NCBI GenBank assembly: GCA_040901675.1 | Contig: JBBDYJ010000006.1 | Location: 125,288 to 189,287, forward strand | Length of the DNA stretch: 64,000 bases | Direction: 5' to 3' | Source of the DNA: Pirellulales bacterium | Lineage (GTDB): Bacteria > Planctomycetota > Planctomycetia > Pirellulales > JAICIG01 | Shown: in pieces, positions 47,492 through 57,000 of the stretch | Layout of the letters: each line of letters opens with the position of its first letter | Position numbering within the stretch: position 1 is the first letter of the stretch | Notes under the pieces: model-generated | The model's database searches: none | What the model saw: only the letters and a program-made list of their open reading frames with translations | What the model was told of the DNA's origin: nothing | Translations under genes and position numbers: made by a program

Positions 47492-48721
47492 ATGGCCCGC
47501 AAACTAGTCCCGCTGGAAGAAGCCGCCCAACAACTGGGCGTATCGCCTGATGAACTGAACGAGATGCGGCAGCGCCAGGAGATTTACGGCTACCGCGACG
47601 GCTCGAGCTGGAAGTTCAAGCCCGAGGACGTGGAAAAGCTGGCCGAAGAACGCTCGATCCGCGCGGCGGGCGACTCCGGCTCGGTCAACCTGGCAACGCG
47701 CGGCGAGGAGGCCGGTGACGACGACGGCGACGATATGGTCCTGTTGAGCGAGGTGGAACTGGGCGAATCGGGGCCGAGCACTTCGAGCACCGTGATCGGC
47801 AAGCCCGGCCAGGGACAAGCGGCCGCCGACAGCGACATCAAGCTGGCCACCAGCCCCAGCGCGCAGCCTGGTCAGGACAGCGACGTGCTGCCGATCGACC
47901 TGTCGGGGAACGTGCCGCTCGATTTGGGAAGCGAGATGGACTTGTCCAGCGGTTCGGGCAGTTCCGGCTCCGGCAGTGGATCGAGCGCGTCGCTGGAGTC
48001 GGACGAAGTGTTCGCCAGCCAGGCGTCGGATGAAGAATCGACGGTCCAGTTGGGAGGCAGCGCGGACGAGGAGGTGCTGGGCGGCTCGGGCGCGGGCAGC
48101 GACATCACCATCAGCCCGGGCGACAGCGGCATTTCGCTGGTCGATCCGGCCGACAGCGGCCTGTCGCTGGAAGAACCGCTGGAGCTGAGCACCTCGGACG
48201 AGTCGTCGTTCGAGCTGAGCACCGGCAGCAGCAGCGGCGGCAGCAGCGGTGCCGTCGGCGAGAGCTCGGATTTCGATTCCGACGCGGTGATGGAGCTCAA
48301 GGGCGAGGACGACTTCCTGCTGACGCCGCTGGAAGAGGCCGGGGATGAGGAGTCGCAGGACAGCGGCTCGCAAGTGATCGCGCTGGACTCGGAGGCGGAG
48401 TTTTCCGACGTCAGCCCGACGGTGGTGGCCGGCGCAGCGCCCGGGATGCTCGAGGCGGAGGACCTGGGCCCGCAGATCGACCCGTTAACCGCCGCGGCGC
48501 TGGGAGCGGCCGGTCCGGCCTTGGCGCCGGGCACCACGGTGTTTGTGACGCCCAGCGCCCAGGCGCAATACTCGGTGGGCTGGGTGATCGGCCTGACCTG
48601 CTGCGTGCTCGTGTTGTCGCTCACGGGGATGATGATGTTCGACCTGGTGCGGAACGTCTGGAGCTGGGACAGCGCTTACCCTGGCAATAGTTTAATCATG
48701 GACACGCTGCTGGGCTCGTAA
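47492..48721 (+). CDS. HTH (excisionase/MerR-like) + acidic low-complexity linker + C-terminal TM protein
   Basis: LEEAAQQLGVS...GYRDGSSWKFKPEDVE; ~290 aa rich in S/D/E/G; TM VGWVIGLTCCVLVLSLTGMMMF. Confidence 0.85.
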   Translation: MARKLVPLEEAAQQLGVSPDELNEMRQRQEIYGYRDGSSWKFKPEDVEKLAEERSIRAAGDSGSVNLATRGEEAGDDDGDDMVLLSEVELGESGPSTSSTVIGKPGQGQAAADSDIKLATSPSAQPGQDSDVLPIDLSGNVPLDLGSEMDLSSGSGSSGSGSGSSASLESDEVFASQASDEESTVQLGGSADEEVLGGSGAGSDITISPGDSGISLVDPADSGLSLEEPLELSTSDESSFELSTGSSSGGSSGAVGESSDFDSDAVMELKGEDDFLLTPLEEAGDEESQDSGSQVIALDSEAEFSDVSPTVVAGAAPGMLEAEDLGPQIDPLTAAALGAAGPALAPGTTVFVTPSAQAQYSVGWVIGLTCCVLVLSLTGMMMFDLVRNVWSWDSAYPGNSLIMDTLLGS

Positions 48722-48832
48722 AGGCCTGGCGCTGAAGCCGGCAGGCCCGGACCGCGTTTCGGCGCGCCGGGAAGCCGACTATCGAGTTTGCCGTACCAAT
48801 CGAGTGTCTGCTGGTTCGAAAGGAGTCGAATC

Positions 48833-49117
48833 ATGTCAGCCGGACGTTTTGCTCGCAGCGGCTGGGGTTTCGCTCGCAGCGGCTGGAGCGTACTGGCGGC
48901 CGCTTTGATGCTGGCCGGCTGCAGCGGCTGCCAGGTGGTGTCGCGCAACAAGTTGACGGCCTGCGAGACGCAGCACCATTCGTTGTCGGAACAGAACAAG
49001 GCCTTGCTGGCCGAGAACGAAAACCTGAAGGCGCATAGCCGGCAGGTGGAAGACCGGCTGATTCGGGCCGAGGAAGACCTGGCGGCGCTGGACGAACGGT
49101 CGGGGCTGGACCGATGA
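48833..49117 (+). pseudogene. Coiled-coil lipoprotein, probably a truncated remnant of an OmpA/MotB-type gene
   Basis: Lipobox LAGC and coiled coil; the stop TGA lies inside a half REP palindrome (ATGAATTCCGTTCTAC, 49114-49129). Confidence 0.5.
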
Positions 49118-49312
49118 ATTCCGTTCTACTGTACTTTTCGGGCGCCCGGGCACTATAATGAACCACGCGGGCCCCGCGGCCGACACGGTCGGTGGCGGAG
49201 CCCTCCCGCCTGCCAAACCACGTTTGTATCGCTTTCCCTCGTTTTTCCTTCGGTTATCTCCTTGCTCCTTCCGCCCGGGTGCCCGCTGGTGAACGCTCCG
49301 CGGTCGATTGCC

Positions 49313-50377
49313 ATGACGGTCTGCTGCCTCGGCGCACTGGCCGGCGGGTGCAGCGACAGCGACCAGGTCGAGCAATACCAGGTCCCCAAGCAGCAGGTGC
49401 TGGACAGCATCAACGGTCCTCCGCCGGCCGAGCCCGTGCCGCACGAAGACACGATGCTGGCGGCGATCGTGCTGGAGCCGGACCAGGCGTGGTTCTTCAA
49501 GCTGGCCGGCCCCCGCCGGGCGGTCGAGGACCAGGCGGAGCGGTTCGAGGCACTGATCGAGTCGCTTGAGTTCGGCGACTCCGGCCCTCGCTGGAGCCTG
49601 CCCGCGGGGTGGCGGGAGCAGGCCGGCTCCGGCATGCGTTACGCCACCTTGACCGCCGAGTCGGGAGACGAGTTGCTGGAGACGACCGTGACGAGCCTGC
49701 CGCGCAACGACGGCGACGAGAAGGCCTATAGCTTGTCGAATATCAACCGCTGGCGGGGCCAAATGGGCCTGCAGCCGATCGGCCGCCACGAGTTGTCCAA
49801 CGCGGCGCGCCAGGTCAAGTTTGCCGGCGGGATCGCCACCGTGGTGGAGCTCAAGGGCAAGCTGGCGGCCCAGGGCATGGGGCAGGCTCCCTTCGTCGGA
49901 CGAGCGCCCTTCGCCGGTCAGGAGCCGCTGGCACCAGGGCTGGCGGGCGATGCGGGCGAGACGGGCCGCGGCGGTCTGCGGTACAATACACCCGAGGGGT
50001 GGCAGGCCGGTCAGGCCGGCGCCATGCGCAAGGCAGCGTTCGTGGTCGCCCAGGGCGATCGGCAGGTGGAAATCACCGTGATCGACCTGGCCGCGTCGGC
50101 CGGCGGGCTGCTGGACAACGTGAACCGCTGGCGGGGTCAGATCGGTCTGGGGAACACTACCGAAGAGGAGCTGGACCAACAGGTCCGCAAGCTGCCGGTC
50201 GGTTCCGACAGGGGCGATTACGTCGAGCTGTACGGGCCCGAGCAGGCGATCCTGGCGGTAATCGCCAGGCAAGGCGGCAAGAGCTGGTTCATCAAGCTGA
50301 TGGGCGACAAGCAACTGGCCGAGCGTGAAAAGCAGCGGTTCGAGCAATTCGTGCAATCCCTGGAATTCGGCGATTGA
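49313..50377 (+). CDS. Hypothetical lipoprotein with an internal duplication, upstream of ccsBA
   Basis: LAGGC lipobox; WFFKL/WFIKL and NINRWRGQMGL/NVNRWRGQIGL repeats; start could be 49289. Confidence 0.8.
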   Translation: MTVCCLGALAGGCSDSDQVEQYQVPKQQVLDSINGPPPAEPVPHEDTMLAAIVLEPDQAWFFKLAGPRRAVEDQAERFEALIESLEFGDSGPRWSLPAGWREQAGSGMRYATLTAESGDELLETTVTSLPRNDGDEKAYSLSNINRWRGQMGLQPIGRHELSNAARQVKFAGGIATVVELKGKLAAQGMGQAPFVGRAPFAGQEPLAPGLAGDAGETGRGGLRYNTPEGWQAGQAGAMRKAAFVVAQGDRQVEITVIDLAASAGGLLDNVNRWRGQIGLGNTTEEELDQQVRKLPVGSDRGDYVELYGPEQAILAVIARQGGKSWFIKLMGDKQLAEREKQRFEQFVQSLEFGD

Positions 50378-50388
50378 GGGAGCCGGCG

Positions 50389-53300
50389 ATGGCAAGTGAC
50401 ACTCTCCCGGCTGAAACGCGCGAGCGGATCGCCGGCGGCAGCGACGAGAGTTGGGGCGGCCTGCCGGACGCGCTGGCTGCCATTCTCAAGCCGCTGGCCT
50501 CTCTGAAGCTGACCGTGGCCTGTTTCGCGATGGCGATCTTCATCGTGCTGGCCGGCACGCTGGCCCAGATCGACAAAGACATCTGGGAGGTGATGGGGCA
50601 GTACTTCCGCACGCCGTTGGCCTGGATCCCGCTCTCGATTTTCTTTCCGCGTTCGATCGAGGTGCTGGGCGGCTTCTATTTTCCGGGCGGATTTTCGATC
50701 GGCCTGGTGATGCTGCTGAACCTGTTTGCCGCCCATGCCGTGCGCTTCAAGGTGCAGGCCAGTGGAACACGGCTGCTGGCCGGACTGGGGGTGATCGCGG
50801 CCGGGGCGGCCATGACCTGGCTGGTGATCGCCAGCGGCTCGAACCCGGAAGGACTGCAGGCGGTTCCGATGATCCCATCGTCCGTGTTGTGGACGTTGTC
50901 CAAGGTGGGCCTCACCGCACTCTGGCTGCTCAACGTGCACGTCGTGGTCAACAAGATGGACCAGGGGCGAAAGCTGGAGCGAATCATCCTTGGCGTGATC
51001 GCCGCGGTGCTTGGAGCCCTGCTGTCCTGGCTCTGGTACCAGGGGGACGCCGTGGCGCTCGGCGACTCGTCGATGCGCATTCTGTGGCAACTGATTAAGG
51101 GCGGATTGGCCAGCCTGGTCCTGTTAGCCGGAGCAATCATGGTTTTCCGGAAGCGGGCGGGCATCGTGCTTTTGCACGCCGGCGTGGCACTGATGATGCT
51201 CAACGAGCTGGTGGTACACACGCTGCACGTCGAGGCGCAGATGCAGATCCGGGAAGGCGAGACCGTCAACTTCGTCCAGGACGTGCGCAAGCTGGAGTTG
51301 GCGGTGGTCGATACGTCGAACCCCGAAAGCGATCAGGTGGTCGTGGTGCCCCAGTCGATCCTGGGGATCAACCGGGGCGCAAGCCATCCCCTGGTGCGGG
51401 ACGCGAAGCTACCGTTCGACGTGCAGGTGGTCCGCTTCGTGCAAAACACCGATCTGCGGCCGGCGAAACCGGGTGAGAAGAACCCGGCGGACAAGGGCTT
51501 CGGCGTCGAGCGGATCGTCGAGGAAGTCCGCCCTGGCGCGGGCACCGACGCGGGCGGCTCGGTCGACATGTCGGCGGCCTACGTCAAGTTTCTGAAGAAG
51601 GACAGCTCCGAGCCGCTGGGCACCTACCTGTTGGGTTTGTACCAGTCGTTCGCGGATCTGCCGGAAACGGTGACCGTCGACGGCAAGGAATATGAGGTGT
51701 ATCTGCGGTTCAAACGGAACTACAAGCCGTATTCGATGCACCTGATCGACGTCCGCTTCGATCGATACATGGGCACAAACACGCCCAAGAACTACTCCTC
51801 GGACGTGCGGTTAGTGGACCCAAGCCGCAACGTCGATCGCACGCTGAAGATCTGGATGAACAATCCGCTCCGCTACGCGGGTGAGACGTTCTACCAGTCC
51901 AACTTCAGCCAGGACAGGGCGGGCAACGAGATCACGGGCCTGCAGGTGGTCACCAACACCGGCTGGATGATTCCCTACGTGGCCTGCATGATCGTGGGCA
52001 CGGGATTACTGGCTCATTTCTTGATCGTGCTGGACCGGTTCTTGCGGCGGACCAGCGAGATGGAACCATCGGCTGCGGCGCCCAGCCGGCGGTCGCGCAA
52101 GGCCGCGGCGGCCTCGACCCCAAGCATCTACACCTGGGTGGTTCCGCTGGCGGCGGTGGTGGCGTTCGGCGGCTGGCTGGGGAGCAAAGCGCGTCCGCCC
52201 AGTCCGCCCCGGCCCGGCTCGGACCAGATGAACCTGTACGAGTTCGGCAAGTTGCCGCTGGTGTACGAAGGCCGGGTCAAGCCGTTCGACACGCTCGCCC
52301 GCAACAGCCTGCGGATGATTTCGGACCGGGAGGTTTTTGTCGACAAGGCGGATGAGAAACGGCCGGCCATCGAGTGGCTGCTCGAGGTGATCACCAATCC
52401 CCGCCAGGCGGCCGAATACCGGGTCTTCAGGATCCAGAACCTGGAGGTGCTCGATACGCTGGGCCTCGAGCGGCGCAAGCACTACCGCTACGCAATCGAA
52501 GAGTTTCAGGACCGCCTCGACCGGTTCAGCCAGCAGGTCGAGCAGGCGCACAATACGCCGGGGTCCCAGCTCAGCGTGTACCAGAAAAAACTGCTGGAGC
52601 TCGATCGGCGGTTGAAGGTGTATACGCGGTTGGTGACGGCCTTTGACCGTCCTCAGATCAGGCCGGATCCGGACCATGCGCTGGAGGATCTCACGCGGGC
52701 GATTCGCTACCAGCGAGAGACGTTGGAAAAGATGGAGCCGCCGCTGGTCATTCCGCCTGCCGCGCCCGGCGGGGACTGGGAGCCATACTTTGCAGCCTAT
52801 CTGAGAGCCTGGACCGAAACGCATATGCTGCGGAAAAATCCCAATCCGTCCACGGTCGCGCTCGATAACATGCTCGTGTCCTACGCCAGGGGCGACGCCA
52901 CGAAGTTCAACCAGGAGCTGCGCAGCTACCGGGCCCAGCTCAAGAAGAATCCGCCCCAGAATCTGAACACACCGAAGACCGACTTCGAAGTCTTCTTCAA
53001 CCACTTCCGGCCATTCTACCACTCGACGGTCCTCTACGTCGTGGCCTTCGTGCTGGCGTGCGCCGGTTGGCTCGGCTGGCAAGGCCCGTTGAATCGCGCT
53101 GCCTTCTGGCTGATTGCCCTGGCCTTTGTGGTACACAGCTTAGCGCTCGTCGCCCGGATCTACATTTCCGGACGACCGCCGGTGACCAACCTCTACTCGT
53201 CGGCCGTCTTCATCGGCTGGGCCTGCGTGGCATTGGGCATGCTGCTGGAAACGATTTACGGCAGGCGAACGGCGGCCGCGGGCACAGGCGCCCCCACCGC

Positions 53301-53958
53301 GGCCCTGGGACTGGGCATCGGCAATATCCTGGCCTCCGTGCTGGGATTCACCACGCTGTTGATTGCCGACTTCCTGGCCGCCGACGGCGACACGTTCACC
53401 GTGCTGCAGGCCGTGCTCGACACGCAGTTCTGGCTGGCGACGCACGTGGTCTGCATTACGCTGGGCTACGCGACCACGTACGTGGCGGGATTCCTGGGGA
53501 TCATCTACATCCTGGCCGGAGTGTTCACGCGAGCTCTTTCGCCGACGGTTGCCAAAGAGCTGTACCGGATGATCTATGGCATTGTCTGCTTCGCCATCTT
53601 CTTCAGTTTCGTGGGCACGGTGCTGGGGGGGCTGTGGGCCGACGACTCCTGGGGCCGCTTCTGGGGCTGGGACCCCAAGGAAAACGGCGCCTTGATCATC
53701 GTGCTGTGGAACGCGCTGGTGCTGCACGCCCGCTGGGGCGGCATGGTCCGCGAGCGGGGACTGGCCGTGCTGGCGGTGTTCGGCAACATCGCGGTGAGCT
53801 GGTCGTGGTTCGGCGTGAACGAACTGGGCGCCGGCCTGCACTCCTACGGTTTCACCGAGGGCGTGGCCCTGGCGCTGGGCCTGTTTGTCATCTCCCAGGC
53901 CGCGGTCATGATCGCCGGCATGCTGCCCAAGGCTCTCTGGCGCAGCCAGGCGGTGTAG
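50389..53958 (+). CDS. ccsA: Cytochrome c biogenesis system II fusion protein (ResB/CcsB + CcsA)
   Basis: PLASLKLT, MNNPLRY.G.TFYQS (ResB-like); RPPVTNLY, WLATHV, WADDSWGRFWGWDPKE (WWD), GLHSYG. Confidence 0.93.
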   Translation: MASDTLPAETRERIAGGSDESWGGLPDALAAILKPLASLKLTVACFAMAIFIVLAGTLAQIDKDIWEVMGQYFRTPLAWIPLSIFFPRSIEVLGGFYFPGGFSIGLVMLLNLFAAHAVRFKVQASGTRLLAGLGVIAAGAAMTWLVIASGSNPEGLQAVPMIPSSVLWTLSKVGLTALWLLNVHVVVNKMDQGRKLERIILGVIAAVLGALLSWLWYQGDAVALGDSSMRILWQLIKGGLASLVLLAGAIMVFRKRAGIVLLHAGVALMMLNELVVHTLHVEAQMQIREGETVNFVQDVRKLELAVVDTSNPESDQVVVVPQSILGINRGASHPLVRDAKLPFDVQVVRFVQNTDLRPAKPGEKNPADKGFGVERIVEEVRPGAGTDAGGSVDMSAAYVKFLKKDSSEPLGTYLLGLYQSFADLPETVTVDGKEYEVYLRFKRNYKPYSMHLIDVRFDRYMGTNTPKNYSSDVRLVDPSRNVDRTLKIWMNNPLRYAGETFYQSNFSQDRAGNEITGLQVVTNTGWMIPYVACMIVGTGLLAHFLIVLDRFLRRTSEMEPSAAAPSRRSRKAAAASTPSIYTWVVPLAAVVAFGGWLGSKARPPSPPRPGSDQMNLYEFGKLPLVYEGRVKPFDTLARNSLRMISDREVFVDKADEKRPAIEWLLEVITNPRQAAEYRVFRIQNLEVLDTLGLERRKHYRYAIEEFQDRLDRFSQQVEQAHNTPGSQLSVYQKKLLELDRRLKVYTRLVTAFDRPQIRPDPDHALEDLTRAIRYQRETLEKMEPPLVIPPAAPGGDWEPYFAAYLRAWTETHMLRKNPNPSTVALDNMLVSYARGDATKFNQELRSYRAQLKKNPPQNLNTPKTDFEVFFNHFRPFYHSTVLYVVAFVLACAGWLGWQGPLNRAAFWLIALAFVVHSLALVARIYISGRPPVTNLYSSAVFIGWACVALGMLLETIYGRRTAAAGTGAPTAALGLGIGNILASVLGFTTLLIADFLAADGDTFTVLQAVLDTQFWLATHVVCITLGYATTYVAGFLGIIYILAGVFTRALSPTVAKELYRMIYGIVCFAIFFSFVGTVLGGLWADDSWGRFWGWDPKENGALIIVLWNALVLHARWGGMVRERGLAVLAVFGNIAVSWSWFGVNELGAGLHSYGFTEGVALALGLFVISQAAVMIAGMLPKALWRSQAV

Positions 53959-54012
53959 CGCGGTAGCTGAAAAGGGCCAGAATTCAGGCCCAGTCGTTGA
54001 ACGGCTGGTCCA

Positions 54013-57000
54013 TCATTCTGTTTTCATGGCGACCGTGTTTTCCACCGCGGCCAGCCCCATGCCGGCCGCGTCCGGGCCTGGCGCTGGGCCGACCTCCACC
54101 TCCACGTGATGGTCATTGCGGTCGTCGACCAGCGGCACGGTTCGTTCCGGTTGCTGGTTGCCATCGACGACAACGCGCTCGACCGTCGAGCCGCCGCCGT
54201 TGCGGAAGGTGATGTGATAGAAGGTCTCGCGGTAGCGGTAATGGATCTTGAACGTTGACCAGCTTTGCGGAAGACATGGCGCGAAGCGGAGCTTGTCGAC
54301 GTGCAACTGCAACCCCAGCAGCGATTCCGTGATCAGCCGGTACATCCAGCCGGCCGAGCCGGTGTACCAGGTCCAACCGCCGCGGCCCGTGTGCGGTGCG
54401 ACGGCGTAGACGTCGGCCGCCACCACGTACGGCTCGACCCGGTACGTGGCAACCGCCTGGGAAGTGGCGGCGTGGGTCACGGGGTTGATCAGCGAGAACA
54501 GCTCCCATGCCCGTTGGGAGTCGCCCATCGCCGCGAAGGCCATCACCGTCCACACGGCCGCGTGGGTGTACTGGCCGCCGTTCTCTCTCACGCCGGGGAC
54601 GTACCCCTTGATGTATCCGGGGTTCAGAGGCGACATGTCGAACGGCGGTTCGAGGAGCTGGATCAGCCGGGCGTCACGGCGGACCAGGAGGCGGTCGACA
54701 CTGTTCATTGCGGTCAGCGATCGGGCGCTCGTGCCCGCCCCGGAAAGGACCGACCAGCTTTGCGGCAGCGCGTCGATCCGGCACTCCGGGTTCGAGGCCG
54801 AGCCGAGCGGGGTGCCGTCGTCGAAATAGGCGCGGCGATACCAGTCTCCGTCCCAGGCGTGCTCTTCGATGTTGCCCCGCAACCGGCCGGCTTCGATCGC
54901 GTACTTGTCGGCGGTGGCGGCGTCGCCGCGCCGTCGGGCCAACTCGGCGAAACGCGTCAGCGCGTCGTAGAGAAAGAAGGCCAACCAGACGCTCTCGCCC
55001 TGGCCCTGTGCGCCCACCAGGTTCATCCCGTCGTTCCAATCGCCGCAACCCATCAGCGGCAGGCCGTGCGCGCCGAAGCGCAGGCCGTTGTCGATGGCAC
55101 GGACGCAATGCTCGTAGAGCGTGCCGAAGTCGCCCGAGACCTGCGGCAGGTCGTAATACGAGTCTTCCTCGGGCCGGACGGGCCGCGCGTTGAGGAACGG
55201 CAGGCCTTCGTCCAAAACGCCGGTATCGCCGGTGGCGGCGACATAGCGGCAGGTCGCGTACGGGAGCCAGAGGTAGTCGTCGGAGAAGTGCGTGCGCACC
55301 CCCCGTCCTGCCGGTGGATGCCACCAGTGCTGCACGTCCCCCTCGCGGAACTGGCGCGCGGCGGCACGCAGCAGGTGCTCGCGCAAGGCAGCGGGCTCGG
55401 CGTGTACGAGGGCCATCGCATCCTGCAACTGGTCCCGGAAGCCGAACGCCCCGCCCGACTGGTAGAACCCCGTGCGTGCCCACATCCGGCAGGCAAGGAC
55501 CTGGTAGATGAGCCAGCCGTTGGCCAGGAAGTTGACGGCTGGATCGGGGGTTTCGAAGTGGACCGTGCCCAGCGAGCGGCTCCAGTAGTGCCACACGCCC
55601 TCCAGGGCCCGCTGGGCGCTCGCCGCGCCGCGGAACCGCTGCACGAGCTGTCGCGCCTGGGCTTCATCCCGGGCGGCGCCAAGGATGAACACGACGTCCT
55701 TTTCCTCTCCGTCCTCGAGCTCAACCGGGACCTGCAGGGCCGCGCAGGGATCGAGTCCCGCACCGATTCGGCCCGACAACCGGATTCGGCGCAGCGCCGC
55801 CGGGTTGGCCGGCGTGCCGTTGCGACCGAGGAACTCGGTGCGGTCCGCGGTTACGGTCCGCACTGTCTCGCTGCTGTCGACGAATACGATCCGCTCGGCG
55901 AATTCCGAACTGTAACTGTTCCGTGCGAAGAGCGCGCCCGAGATCGGGTCCAGCTCCGTGACCACGTGCAAGAGCGTCTTGTCGCGCAATTCGCCCAGCA
56001 CCCACTCCCAATACGAGGTGACCGACAGCCGGCGCGGCCGACCCGCGCGGTTGGTAATCCGGAGCCGAGCGAACTTCACGGGCTCATCGGCGGCGACGAA
56101 CAGGCATAGCTCGGTGACGATGCCGTCCTGGGCGTATTCGAAGATACTGTACCCGAAGCCGTGACGGGCGACGTAGGACATTTCGCCGCGTGCCGGAAAA
56201 GGTGCAGGCGACCAGAAGTGTCCGTTCTCCTCGTCGCGGACGTAGATCGCTTCGCCGCCGGTATCGGTGACCGGGTCGTTGCACCAGGGGGTCAGCCTGA
56301 ACTCGTGGCTGTTTTCCGACCACGTGTAGGCGCTGCCGCTCTCAGATACGACCGTGCCGAACTGCGGGTTGGCGATCACGTTGATCCACGGTGCGGGCGT
56401 CGTCTGCGCGGGGCCCAGGAGCGTGACATACTCGCGTCCGTCGCGGCTGAAGCCGCCCAGCCCGTTGAAGAACGCCAGGTCCCGCCGGGGAACCTCGTCC
56501 ACCGGCGTGGTCTCGCTCCGGCGGCGCAGCGGCTTGAAAGCGGCAATCGAGACTTCGCCGCGGCCGCGTCGCTCCACCTGCTCGCGGAGCGTTCCCGCGT
56601 CGTCGAGCAGGAAGACCCGCGCGACCGTCCGCAGCAGCGATCGATCCTCTTCCGACATTTGCTCGCCGCGGCGGACGAAGATACCCCCCGGCTTGTCGAC
56701 CAGCGTCGCTTCCGGGCTGGCGGCGATGACGTCCATGATCGTGTCTTGCAGCGTCTGGCGGTAAACCGACTCGTCCTCGTTCCAGATGACCATGTCCACG
56801 CCAAGCCCTTTCATCCGCCAATAAGCATGAGCCTGTACCGCCTGGCGCACCAGCTCGACGCGCGCTCGGTCGTGGATGCGGACCAGCACGATCGGCAGGT
56901 CTCCGGAGATCCCGTAGCCCCAGAGCCCCGATTGACTCCGCCGGTTGCGGATCAAGACGCTGGGCTTTGCCCGGCGCAACGCCGAGGCGTAGATCACCGA

